This document shows, in pieces, positions 18,887-28,298 of a stretch of DNA of 64,000 nucleotides. Every line of letters begins with the position of its first letter. Positions within the stretch are counted from its first letter, which is position 1. The stretch lies in contig CAXXTU010000002.1 in assembly GCA_963662655.2 (NCBI GenBank), forward strand, positions 1,472,001 through 1,536,000, written 5' to 3'. The position numbers and the translations under genes are program-made. The DNA comes from Candidatus Cloacimonadales bacterium. Lineage in GTDB: Bacteria > Cloacimonadota > Cloacimonadia > Cloacimonadales > JAIOQZ01. Under the pieces are notes generated by a model. The model ran no database searches. It saw only the letters and a list, made by a program, of their open reading frames with translations, and was not told the origin of the DNA.

Positions 18887-20230
18887 ATGAATTTCAGCAG
18901 CGAAGAGAACATCTTCTCGGTGTCCGAGATCAACAGGCATTTGAAGAACGTTATCGAGACGAACATCCCCGACCTGTTCGTGGAAGGGGAGATCGCCAAT
19001 TTCACGCGTCACTTCTCGGGGCATATCTATCTTTCATTGAAGGATGAGAACGCCACTCTTCGCTGCGTCTTTTTCAAGACCTGGAACAGCTACCTCGATT
19101 TCTCGCCCAAGAACGGCGACAAGGTTATCTGTACGGGCAAGCTGACGGTTTACGAAAAGAGCGGCAACTACCAGATGAATATCACGCGGATGTATCCCAC
19201 GGGCATGGGCGATCTCCAAATCCGCTTCGAAGAGCTCAAGCGACGCTTGCAGGAAGATGGACTCTTCGACCAGGCCCACAAAAAGGTTTTGCCGCGATAT
19301 CCGGAAACGATCGGCGTTATCACTTCCGCCACCGGCGCGGCGATCGAGGATATCCGCAACGTGATCTCCCGTAGATGGGGCTGCGAAATCCGGCTGTATC
19401 CTGCCTTGGTGCAAGGCAATGGCGCACCCAAAAGCCTGATCGGAGGAATCGAATACTTCACGCGCAATCCGGTCGATGTGATCGTGATCGGACGCGGCGG
19501 AGGTTCGCAGGAGGACCTCTTCGTCTTCAACGACGAGATGCTCGCGCGAACGATCTACGACTGCCCCGTCCCAATCATTTCCGCTGTGGGTCACGAGATC
19601 GATTTCACCATCTGCGATTTCGTTGCCGACCTGCGCGCGCCAACCCCCTCGGCCGCGGCGGAGCTCGCCGTTCCCGATCGCAACGAGGTATTGGGATTCG
19701 TCTCCTCGCACGCACGTCACATCGAAATGCAGCTTCAGAACCACCTCAATCGCCTGCACCGGACGGTGGAAACGCTGCAATACAACATCGAGAGGAACAG
19801 CCCGTACGCAAGGTTACAGGCCCATCAGCAGCAGCTTGACGAAGCGACATACCGCCTGCTACAGACCATTCGCCTGATCGATCGCAAAAAGCTCCAGACC
19901 GAGCGCATTCAGCAGCGATTTTTCAGCGCGGTATCGTCCCTGACCGCAGATTATTGCAAAGACTGCCGCTATCGATTGAAAACCGCCGGACGGAAACTGT
20001 CCGACACCACGGAGCGCATCCTCGAGCGAAAGCAGAATCATCTCGCCACGCAATCAGCGCTTCTGGAGGATCTATCGCCCAAAGTGGTGATCAAACGCGG
20101 GTATTCCATCACGCGAAAAGCGGGGCAGATTATCCGATCCGCAAAACACGCGCAGAAAAACGACAAGCTGGAAGTAGAATTGCACGACGGCAGTCTGAAT
20201 TGTACAGTCGATGATGTAATATTGAGGTAG
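18887..20230 (+). CDS. xseA: Exodeoxyribonuclease VII large subunit
   Basis: OB fold, 'GVITSATGAAIEDI', 'GRGGGSQEDL', 'SAVGHEIDFT..D..AD.RAPTPSAAAE'. Confidence 0.97.
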   Translation: MNFSSEENIFSVSEINRHLKNVIETNIPDLFVEGEIANFTRHFSGHIYLSLKDENATLRCVFFKTWNSYLDFSPKNGDKVICTGKLTVYEKSGNYQMNITRMYPTGMGDLQIRFEELKRRLQEDGLFDQAHKKVLPRYPETIGVITSATGAAIEDIRNVISRRWGCEIRLYPALVQGNGAPKSLIGGIEYFTRNPVDVIVIGRGGGSQEDLFVFNDEMLARTIYDCPVPIISAVGHEIDFTICDFVADLRAPTPSAAAELAVPDRNEVLGFVSSHARHIEMQLQNHLNRLHRTVETLQYNIERNSPYARLQAHQQQLDEATYRLLQTIRLIDRKKLQTERIQQRFFSAVSSLTADYCKDCRYRLKTAGRKLSDTTERILERKQNHLATQSALLEDLSPKVVIKRGYSITRKAGQIIRSAKHAQKNDKLEVELHDGSLNCTVDDVILR

Positions 20231-20231
20231 G

Positions 20232-21458
20232 TTACGCGATCCCGTCGATCTTGAGTTCTCCGTACTTCCCATCGTAGCCCGGAGGATCGAACCGGAAATT
20301 TCCCTTCTGCACCTGAAGAATAGCCTGAAGCGCTGTTTCAGGAATTACATCCTGCAACCTTTCCGTAACCGCCCCGGAAGTCCACAGTTCAATCTCGGAT
20401 CGATAGCATGCCATAATCGCGTCAAACATCGCCCGAACCTTTCGCGATGAAATGCTTTTCACACCCATCGCGGCAGCCAGAACCTCCACAAGCGGTATCA
20501 GGTGCAAACTCATGCGCGGAAGCGGAATCAACGATGCGTCCTGCAACGCGAGGCAGCGATGATACACGCCCTGATGCATACGCTTCCCGCAGTGCGTACA
20601 GCGGTAATCGGTGGGTGGGCAATCGTAATAAATCGAGTGCGGGACATCCGCGTTGAGTTTGTCGTGACCTGTCATGAAATAGCGCCCCTCCGCGGGATTG
20701 AACTCGGCGGTAAGCGCAACCCGGTTCTCACGCAACGCGTGAATGATCCCCGGGTAATCGTGGGAATCCGAATCGAGAATTGTGAATTCGCGTCCGATCC
20801 GGTTCAAGGCGGCGCTGTGGCAATCGCTGTTCGAGATCATGGTCAATCCGTGGAAATCGGGAATCGTCCCCAGCATCTCGGGATCGGCGCTCAGACCGGT
20901 CTCGATGACACGGATGCGCGAGGTGAAGTCTCCGTAGAATTCCCTTATTGACGAGAGCCCGTTGCGGCTGCCCATGATGCCGTCGGGCGTCATCACGTGG
21001 GCGGGGATGATCTCCACCAGGGGATCGATTTCGGCGATCTCGAAGAGCCTCTCCTGCAATTCACCCTGATTCTCCGTAACGATGAAGGGTCTGCCGATGG
21101 TGTTCTTGTCCCCGTGCTTCGCCATCAAACGCTGCAACGATTCGATCGCCCGGTAGTCCGGGAAAAGGATTACGTGATGCGCGACAGTTCGCTTAGCGTA
21201 ACCGGGAAGTTGGGTGGAAAAAATCACCTCGGTTTGCAAGAGGAATCGGGAGGAATCGCCTTCCAGCGCGAAGAGGCCGTTTTCCTCCTCGCGCAGAAGG
21301 TCGTATAATTCTTTGGTTCGTGGCGGATAAAGGCAATCCCCGGTCCCGAAGACATCGATGCCCTTACGCTTCATCGTACCGGCGACGTCCTCGAGGCGTA
21401 TCTGCCCCACTCCGCCTGCGTATCCCGAGTGAGAATGCAGATCGACTGCGATCTTCAT
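20232..21458 (-). CDS. Endonuclease Q family (PHP-domain) protein
   Basis: 'DLHSHS', 'GTGD', 'IPAH', 'ETGLSAD', 'SNSDCHS', 'CTHCGK...GV..R', 'PGYDGKYG'. Confidence 0.8.
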   Translation of the reverse strand: MKIAVDLHSHSGYAGGVGQIRLEDVAGTMKRKGIDVFGTGDCLYPPRTKELYDLLREEENGLFALEGDSSRFLLQTEVIFSTQLPGYAKRTVAHHVILFPDYRAIESLQRLMAKHGDKNTIGRPFIVTENQGELQERLFEIAEIDPLVEIIPAHVMTPDGIMGSRNGLSSIREFYGDFTSRIRVIETGLSADPEMLGTIPDFHGLTMISNSDCHSAALNRIGREFTILDSDSHDYPGIIHALRENRVALTAEFNPAEGRYFMTGHDKLNADVPHSIYYDCPPTDYRCTHCGKRMHQGVYHRCLALQDASLIPLPRMSLHLIPLVEVLAAAMGVKSISSRKVRAMFDAIMACYRSEIELWTSGAVTERLQDVIPETALQAILQVQKGNFRFDPPGYDGKYGELKIDGIA

Positions 21459-21481
21459 GGAATTCTCGAAAGCCTTTCGCG

Positions 21482-23200
21482 TTATCTCAGCTTCTTCAGC
21501 TCGTCACGCACGAAGTCAACCAGACTCGCGATGTATTCCTCGCTGAAATCGAACTTGATTCCCGCTGCCTCGTAAAGCTCGTCTACCGGCTTCGTGTAAA
21601 GCAGACTCAGGAAATTCTCGTACTGCTCGACGGCCTTTTCAGGATTCTCGCGGTAGTTGCGATAAATCGAGAGCGCTCCGAGCTGTGCGATACCGTATTC
21701 GATGTAGTAGAACGGGGTCTCGAAGATATGAAGCTGGCGCTTCCAGAGGTTCCTCTGATACGCCTCGAATCCGTCCCAATTGACGATGGAATCGTAACGT
21801 TTGCGCAGCTCCATAAAGTAATCCGAACGCTGCTCGGGCGTGTGATCCGGGTTCAGGTAAATCCACTGCTGGAACGCGTCGACAACCATGCACCATGGCA
21901 GGAATGTAAGCGTGCCTTCCAGTTGCTCACGCTTGGCTTTCTTGAGGTCTTCCTCGTCGCTGTAAAACTCGTCCCAGTAGTCCATCGAGAGTAGCTCCAT
22001 CGCCATGGATGCGAGCTCGGCAACTTCGCTTGGATGCTCGCGGTATGTATCAAGGCGCGTGTTGGACATCTTGGAGGCGTGCAACGCATGCCCCGCCTCG
22101 TGAAGAAGCGTGCTCACATCGTCCTGCAATCCCACAGAGTTCATGAAGATAAACGATGCGCCCCACTCGTTGAACGGATAGTTGTATCCCCCTGGAGCCT
22201 TGCCCTTGCGGTTGTCCAGATCGAGGAAACCGGTGTTTTTCATCAGTTGCAATTGCCTGCCGAATTCCGGCTTGATCTTGCTGAGGATGCGGATCGATTT
22301 TTCAGTAAGCTCGTTGGTATCCTTGTAAGGCTTGAGGATTTTTCCATCCAGGTCCACGGCGGTATCCCATGGGCGCAGTTCGTCCAAGCCTAGCTTTTCC
22401 TTCCGTTCCTCGTCAAGCTCCTTGATGAACGGCATAACCTGCTTCTCCACCGACTCGTGGAAGCGGAAAAGGTCTTCAGGAGTATATGAGAACCGCTTGT
22501 TCGAGCGATGTACGTAATCGCGGAAGTTGTCGAATCCGGCGTTTTTCGCGATCTGCACGCGGATATCCTTCATCTTGTCGAAAAGCTCGTCGAAGGCTTC
22601 GCTCTTCTCGGCGATCTTCTTGTGAATGATGTGGAAAACCTCTTCCCGTACTTTTCGGTCCTGCTTCTTCAGATAGACGGACAACTGCCGGAGCGTATGC
22701 TCCTTGCCGTCGTACTCGGCGGTTATTCCACCGATCATCGAGCCGTACTGATTTGCAATCTCACGCACCTGCTGGGCCAGCGGCGTGTTCTCTTCCCGGA
22801 ACAGCTCGATGTCCACAGCGATAAGCTGGTTGAGGTGATCGTATTTCGCGTGGTCCAGATCGTTGCGATACGGGCTGTCGTAGAATTTCCGCATCAATTC
22901 GAACGCCGGTTTCTTCATATTGCTGACGATGTCCGCATAAAAGCTGTTGAAGGCTTTCTCTTTCTCCTTGTCATCCGCGTAGCAGGACATGTCGATGTAG
23001 CGCCGCGCCATTTCGTCGCCGGTGATGAAATACAATTCGCTGAACCTCTCCATGAATTCGATCAATCTGTCAGCCGATTGAATCTCCATTTCCAGCAGCT
23101 TCTTGTATTCCGCTTCAATTTGATCCCAATTGGTAGGATTGAAGTTTTCCGAGAAATACTTACGGGGATTTCTGGTCAGTTTTTCATTCGTGAGTGCCAT
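21482..23200 (-). CDS. M3-family oligoendopeptidase
   Basis: 'RKGKAPGGY', HExxH 'LLHEAGHALH', 'EVAELASMAME', 'PFYYIEY'. Confidence 0.93.
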   Translation of the reverse strand: MALTNEKLTRNPRKYFSENFNPTNWDQIEAEYKKLLEMEIQSADRLIEFMERFSELYFITGDEMARRYIDMSCYADDKEKEKAFNSFYADIVSNMKKPAFELMRKFYDSPYRNDLDHAKYDHLNQLIAVDIELFREENTPLAQQVREIANQYGSMIGGITAEYDGKEHTLRQLSVYLKKQDRKVREEVFHIIHKKIAEKSEAFDELFDKMKDIRVQIAKNAGFDNFRDYVHRSNKRFSYTPEDLFRFHESVEKQVMPFIKELDEERKEKLGLDELRPWDTAVDLDGKILKPYKDTNELTEKSIRILSKIKPEFGRQLQLMKNTGFLDLDNRKGKAPGGYNYPFNEWGASFIFMNSVGLQDDVSTLLHEAGHALHASKMSNTRLDTYREHPSEVAELASMAMELLSMDYWDEFYSDEEDLKKAKREQLEGTLTFLPWCMVVDAFQQWIYLNPDHTPEQRSDYFMELRKRYDSIVNWDGFEAYQRNLWKRQLHIFETPFYYIEYGIAQLGALSIYRNYRENPEKAVEQYENFLSLLYTKPVDELYEAAGIKFDFSEEYIASLVDFVRDELKKLR

Positions 23201-23224
23201 TATTTATATCTCCTTTCATTTCTA

Positions 23225-25336
23225 CTATTTAAAAGCTATCAACAAGGAATCTTCATACATTTCGAGCGGTGTAATCAACACTTCGAGATCAATTTTCCTC
23301 CCTGTTTTTGTAATACCGCTTGCAGGAAACCATTGATCCTCTTTCCCCTGCAAGAATGCAATCAGACCCTTTCGTATACCTGAAATCATTTCAATTGTAA
23401 CGAACTGGGTTAGCTCCGCTGCTATTTCATCGCAATGCTCCACCTCGAACAAATCCAGGCACGCTTTATTCGCTTCGAGGATCAGCATCCTGCTCATACT
23501 GTTCTGAACCACGTAATCGTCCGGCTCGAACACAACATCCATGCCGGTAATGATCCCATTCAGATAATTCCTTATTTTAAGCGCCGTCACAGGATCTTTC
23601 ACAATCAGCATCGGGGTCGGGTTCTTCTTGAAAAGCAGCCGGTTGAAACCATACTGCTCATCGAGCTTTTCCGTGCAATAACGATACTCGCTGATATCGA
23701 AGGTGCTCAGGAAAACTCGAACGGGTACTCCCTCTTCGTTTATCTGCACAATGATGTTGCTCGAAACCCAGATATATTTATCGAATTTCGATTTGAGGCG
23801 GTACGCGATCGTGTTGGAGATGATTGGCGCTTTGGAACCTTGCGCTTCGAACAGGTAGTTGCGTAAGAGACTCCTGTCGTCTGGATGCACGATTTCGATG
23901 AGATCCTGTTCCTGCATCGAGTAGATTTCATCATAGGTAAAACCATAGTGTTGAACGCAGTGGTGATTGGCGAATTCGATCTTCTTCTCGATGAAATTGT
24001 AGCATACAATCGACAGGTTCGTGAGGTGCATCAAGATATCCGATATCCCGCCATGCTTGAAATTTATATCGTCAAACAAATGAACGTAGTTTGTTATATC
24101 GGTAACGATTGCGAGAACGCCGGTGGGATTGCCATGTACGTCCCTGAGTGTTGTCGGTGATATCGTGAGCCACATGCGATCGCCATTCTTCTTGACGATG
24201 GCGAGCTCATACTTCTTGTCGCCGCGATCGGGGCGTTCCTGCCTCACGCGTTTGACCTTGCTGGACTGAAGGGGCTCAAAGAAATCCCAAATCTTACTCC
24301 CGATGAAATCATCCTCCGAAAAGCCGGTCATATCGCACAGCTTCCGGTTCACCATGGAGAATCGCTCGTCCTGATCGATGATCACGAGTCCTTCGTTCAT
24401 GTTCTCCATGAGAAGCTTGTAGTTCTGCATGGTCTCGTTGAGCTGGCGCTTGGCGTTGTGGTGATCCAGAAAACTGCCGATCCAGCTTGTAAAAACGTTT
24501 AGCGCTTCGAAGGACAGTTTCGCATCGAGCGAACAATCCGTGCGAAACATGATAGAGCCGATCAAGCGGTCATTGCTGTATAGAGGAAGTAAATGGGAGG
24601 TCGTTTTGAGGTTGTTGAACTTGAAAATCTTCGAATGTACTTGTCCCTCCGTGAAATTCTCGGGGAGACTCTCATTCGAGATTTTATCGGGAAAACTCAC
24701 GTCCGCAGGCCTTTCCTTCCAGGAAGCCACGAGCCGCATGTCATTGTAGCTGGCCAGGCTGTAGATCGCGCCGCCGTTTATCTTGTTGAGGCGACAGATC
24801 GCTTCGAGAATCTCGATCATGATCTTCTCGGTACTGCTGATATTTTTTACCGCGTCGAGTATCTCGTACTGGATTTTCAGGATGTTCTCGGCGTTGTCGA
24901 AATCGATTGCGGAAATTTTGCTTGCGATTCCATCGAGATTTTCGATCATCGGTAAGTCCCGATTCGCCTTTCCGATATGAAGATCGCTGGAAGTCGTATT
25001 GCCCAGATCGAATAAAGTGATGATCCCGAGATCGTTGTTCTCGATCCAAATGCATGAAACGATAAATGTGCGCTTTGACTTGCTTTCGTTCGTCGAAGGA
25101 TACTGGAACGTGAAATTTGTCTGATCCTTCTGGAGAAGCTTCGACATCATGTCGATGCCAACGATTCGGTCGAGAGAATCACCGATGAGCGAAGCTCTCT
25201 TACGTTTGAAATGCCGGTTGAAGATATCGTTGCAGTAGACGACCTGTCCACCCGGATTCTGCACGAGCACGGCCGGCTCCTTTATCTCCTGAATGACTTT
25301 CTGATAGTGTTGTAACTCCGTTTCATTCAACTGCAT
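23225..25336 (-). CDS. Multi-PAS/GAF sensor protein with no recognisable output domain
   Basis: PAS motifs ('LMENMNEGLVIIDQDERFSMVNRKLCDMTGFS', 'IVHPDDR') and a GAF-like middle region. No HisKA, GGDEF or HATPase motifs. Confidence 0.75.
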   Translation of the reverse strand: MQLNETELQHYQKVIQEIKEPAVLVQNPGGQVVYCNDIFNRHFKRKRASLIGDSLDRIVGIDMMSKLLQKDQTNFTFQYPSTNESKSKRTFIVSCIWIENNDLGIITLFDLGNTTSSDLHIGKANRDLPMIENLDGIASKISAIDFDNAENILKIQYEILDAVKNISSTEKIMIEILEAICRLNKINGGAIYSLASYNDMRLVASWKERPADVSFPDKISNESLPENFTEGQVHSKIFKFNNLKTTSHLLPLYSNDRLIGSIMFRTDCSLDAKLSFEALNVFTSWIGSFLDHHNAKRQLNETMQNYKLLMENMNEGLVIIDQDERFSMVNRKLCDMTGFSEDDFIGSKIWDFFEPLQSSKVKRVRQERPDRGDKKYELAIVKKNGDRMWLTISPTTLRDVHGNPTGVLAIVTDITNYVHLFDDINFKHGGISDILMHLTNLSIVCYNFIEKKIEFANHHCVQHYGFTYDEIYSMQEQDLIEIVHPDDRSLLRNYLFEAQGSKAPIISNTIAYRLKSKFDKYIWVSSNIIVQINEEGVPVRVFLSTFDISEYRYCTEKLDEQYGFNRLLFKKNPTPMLIVKDPVTALKIRNYLNGIITGMDVVFEPDDYVVQNSMSRMLILEANKACLDLFEVEHCDEIAAELTQFVTIEMISGIRKGLIAFLQGKEDQWFPASGITKTGRKIDLEVLITPLEMYEDSLLIAFK

Positions 25337-26290
25337 CTACTCACCCGATATTTCCTTTGGAGCGTTCACAATTGTTTTGATCGATACGTCGCTTGAATTC
25401 GACCGTTTACGGAACAGGCTCACCAGCAACTCTCCGATCAGTCCGATCGAGAAGAATTGCATGCCCAGCATGATCATCAGGAGCCCCAGAAGCAAGAGAG
25501 GTCTGTCCGAAAGGGGCTGTCCAAAACCGAACTTGAGAACGGTGAGATAGGCCTCGATGAGAAATCCGACGACCATCATCGCCGTACCCCATCCGCCGAA
25601 GAAATAGAGAGGGCTGCGATTGTAGTTCGTGATCAGCCTGACGGTGACGAGATCGAGGAAACCTCTCATATAGCGCTCGACGCCGTACTTGGTCTTCCCG
25701 AATTTGCGTGGGCGGTGATCCACGGGGATTTCCGTCACCCGATAGCCTTTCGCATTGGCGAGAACCGGAATATAGCGATGCAGCTCGCCGTACACGTCGA
25801 TCTCTTTGACGATTTCCTTCCGGTACGCCTTGAATCCGCAATTGTAGTCATGCAGATGAAGCTTGAAAACGGAGGAGGTCACTTTGTTGAAGAAGCGGGA
25901 AAGCACCTTCTTCTCCAGCGGGTCGTTACGCTTCTTTTTCCATCCGGATACCAGGTCGTAGCCCTCGTCGAGCTTCTGAAGGAACTTGCCGATCTCGGCG
26001 GGGTTATCCTGTAGATCAGCATCCAGCGTGAATACGATATCTCCGTCAGCGTACTGAAAACCCTGCCTGAGCGCCGCTGACTTCCCAAAGTTTCTGCGAA
26101 GCCTGATGACGATCACGTTCTCGTTGTCCGAAGCGAGCCGATACATCTTCTCGTAGCTGCCGTCCGTGCTTCCGTCATCGACGAAAATGATTTGCTTCTC
26201 GTAATCCGGCGTGTTCTGGACGATCTCGTCGAAGAGCATTACAATGGTTTCTTCTTCGTTGTATACGGGTATCACAAACGAGAGTTTCAT
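25337..26290 (-). CDS. GT2 polyprenyl-phosphate glycosyltransferase (ArnC/GtrB/DPM-synthase-like) with 2 C-terminal TMs
   Basis: 'VIPVYNE', 'VDDGSTD', 'RRNFGKSAAL', 'DADLQDNP', 'DYNCGFKAY', 'ELHRYIP'. Confidence 0.9.
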   Translation of the reverse strand: MKLSFVIPVYNEEETIVMLFDEIVQNTPDYEKQIIFVDDGSTDGSYEKMYRLASDNENVIVIRLRRNFGKSAALRQGFQYADGDIVFTLDADLQDNPAEIGKFLQKLDEGYDLVSGWKKKRNDPLEKKVLSRFFNKVTSSVFKLHLHDYNCGFKAYRKEIVKEIDVYGELHRYIPVLANAKGYRVTEIPVDHRPRKFGKTKYGVERYMRGFLDLVTVRLITNYNRSPLYFFGGWGTAMMVVGFLIEAYLTVLKFGFGQPLSDRPLLLLGLLMIMLGMQFFSIGLIGELLVSLFRKRSNSSDVSIKTIVNAPKEISGE

Positions 26291-26295
26291 AACTA

Positions 26296-26898
26296 TTACC
26301 CCGGTATGAAAATATTGGCCACTGCCATGACGATGGCAGTGAAAACAGGTATCTTGATGTTGTCGTCCATTGGAATCCTCGAAGCTTCGGCCACGGTTGT
26401 CGCCAGCGCTCCGACAAAACAGAGCACCGGGTGAATCCTGAACAGCAGCCCATACGTGAAGGTGCTGATGAAGCAAGCCAGACTTCCCTCAAGACTCTTG
26501 TTGGTGCCTTTGATCTTCCGCTTCCCCAACAGGATTCCGACGATCGCGGCGAAGGTATCGCCGATCGCCAGCGAAGATATGGCGAAGAACGCTATTTTAT
26601 CTCCGGGAAAGAAAGCGAAGCAAACCAGCGACGAAACCAGCAGGTACGTAGCGCCGGTGAAATTATTCATCTCGTGCTTGCGCAGGATGATCCCGAAGAG
26701 GTGATAAAAAATCCTTCGATAGGTGCGATTCTCGAGCCGCAATATCTCGATCGTCATCGCAACCAGCGTCAGAGGCAGGAGAACCAGGAACATCCACATC
26801 CGGTTCTCGTGAAGTATGTATAGATAGGACAGGGGAATCACAAGTGAGCTGATATGAATCGCCTTACGAAACGCCTCTTTCCAATTACGTGATTCCAT
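26296..26898 (-). CDS. CTP-dependent polyprenol/diacylglycerol kinase family (SEC59/DGK1/VTE5-like)
   Basis: 'RKAIH', 'GDTFAAIVG', 'KSLEGS', 'DDNIKIP'. Multi-TM. Confidence 0.85.
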   Translation of the reverse strand: MESRNWKEAFRKAIHISSLVIPLSYLYILHENRMWMFLVLLPLTLVAMTIEILRLENRTYRRIFYHLFGIILRKHEMNNFTGATYLLVSSLVCFAFFPGDKIAFFAISSLAIGDTFAAIVGILLGKRKIKGTNKSLEGSLACFISTFTYGLLFRIHPVLCFVGALATTVAEASRIPMDDNIKIPVFTAIVMAVANIFIPG

Positions 26899-26913
26899 GG
26901 TCCGCTATCGATG

Positions 26914-28110
26914 TCACACGTTCAGCTTGCTAACCACGAAGTCTTTCGCAAGCTGCGCCACCAGGACGGGGTCCGTTTTAATCGCCTGGAAGAAAATCTC
27001 CCGAAGTGTCAGGTTCTCCCGCGGCATCTTCTTGCAGGTGGCGATCAGCCGATTGAGATTCTCGTCGCCGAAGAAGAGGAACTTCTCCTTAAACTTGTGC
27101 ATCAGGCGATGGTTCGCCCCCAGTTTCTGATCCCACCGCTTCTTGTAATTCATCAGGAACTTGCGACTGAAGTCCTGCTTCTGCACGGCTTCGGCTGCCA
27201 CCTCGCCGGCTTTCGCGCCGCCGTACATCGCGGTAATGATGCCGCCGCCCGTCATAGGATTGACCTGCCTTGCGGCGTCCCCGACCAGCATGATTCTCTC
27301 GGCGGCCATGTCCTTCAAAGGCTGGCCCGTAGGTATTCCGCCGCAAACGATCGCGTTGATCGCCCCGTTGGGATATCTCTTCTTCACGAAGTTGTCCAGA
27401 TAGTGAACCGGCCCGTGCTCAGAAATCCGGTTACCGGAAAGCCCGAGTCCCACGTTTGCCGATGTCTTGGACTTCGGGAATATCCATGTATATCCGCCGG
27501 GAGCCATTTGGTCGCCGAAGTAAAATTCGCAGTAGTTCTGATCCGCGTCGATGTTCGTTAGCGTGTATTGTACCGAGGTCTCGATGTCGCTCATATCGCA
27601 CGCGGTCTTGATGCCGGCCCAGCGCCCAACGCGCGATTCGACGCCGTCGGCTCCGATCACGATATCGCACTTCACCACATGCTCGTTACCCAGATGGCGA
27701 AAACGCACACCGCAGATTTGATCGTTGTCGAACTCCAGCCCGATCGCGTCCGCCTTCGTGAGCATCATCGCTCCCTCGGCGCATGCGAGATTGCAGAGCT
27801 CGCGATCGAAGATGCGTCGCTCGAGAATGTAGCCGGTGCCGATGTTCTCGAGTTGCAGCATGTTCCCATCCGGTGCGAAAATGCGTGCTGAATCGATTTT
27901 CGCCGCGATCCATTTCGGATTCGGCTCGATAAACGGCGCAAGTCCGCGATGCGAGACGCCTTCCGCGCAACGCACGGGAATGCCGGGCTCGCGGTCGCGT
28001 TCCAGGATCAGAACCTTCGCTCCGCCTTTCGCGGCGTATCTCGCCGCAGTGCTTCCCGCGGGTCCCGCACCAACGACAACGACATCGTACTTTGCTTTGA
28101 GATCGATCAT
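26914..28110 (-). CDS. Geranylgeranyl reductase family FAD oxidoreductase (DGGGPL reductase-like)
   Basis: 'GAGPAGS', 'PVRCAEG', 'ERRIFD', 'GADG', 'PGGYTWIFPK', 'GDAARQVNPMTGGGI'. Confidence 0.88.
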   Translation of the reverse strand: MIDLKAKYDVVVVGAGPAGSTAARYAAKGGAKVLILERDREPGIPVRCAEGVSHRGLAPFIEPNPKWIAAKIDSARIFAPDGNMLQLENIGTGYILERRIFDRELCNLACAEGAMMLTKADAIGLEFDNDQICGVRFRHLGNEHVVKCDIVIGADGVESRVGRWAGIKTACDMSDIETSVQYTLTNIDADQNYCEFYFGDQMAPGGYTWIFPKSKTSANVGLGLSGNRISEHGPVHYLDNFVKKRYPNGAINAIVCGGIPTGQPLKDMAAERIMLVGDAARQVNPMTGGGIITAMYGGAKAGEVAAEAVQKQDFSRKFLMNYKKRWDQKLGANHRLMHKFKEKFLFFGDENLNRLIATCKKMPRENLTLREIFFQAIKTDPVLVAQLAKDFVVSKLNV

Positions 28111-28280
28111 TCAGCGCCTCCCGAAATCGCTCTGAAGGGGCATATCTTCTCGCATTTACCACAGGAAATGCACTTCTCCTGGTCCAGAATCACCTTGAAC
28201 TCTGTCACGCGTATCGCGTCAACCGGACAGACGGCAACACAGGTGCCGCACAATCCACAAATCTCATGATCGATCTTCAT
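28107..28280 (-). CDS. 2x[4Fe-4S] ferredoxin (57 aa); absent from the ORF track
   Basis: MKIDHEICGLCGTCVAVCPVDAIRVTEFKVILDQEKCISCGKCEKICPFRAISGGAE*. Two CxxCxxCxxxCP motifs and an ATGA overlap with the reductase start. Confidence 0.93.
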   Translation of the reverse strand: MKIDHEICGLCGTCVAVCPVDAIRVTEFKVILDQEKCISCGKCEKICPFRAISGGAE

Positions 28281-28298
28281 ATATTCTCCAAAATCTGT

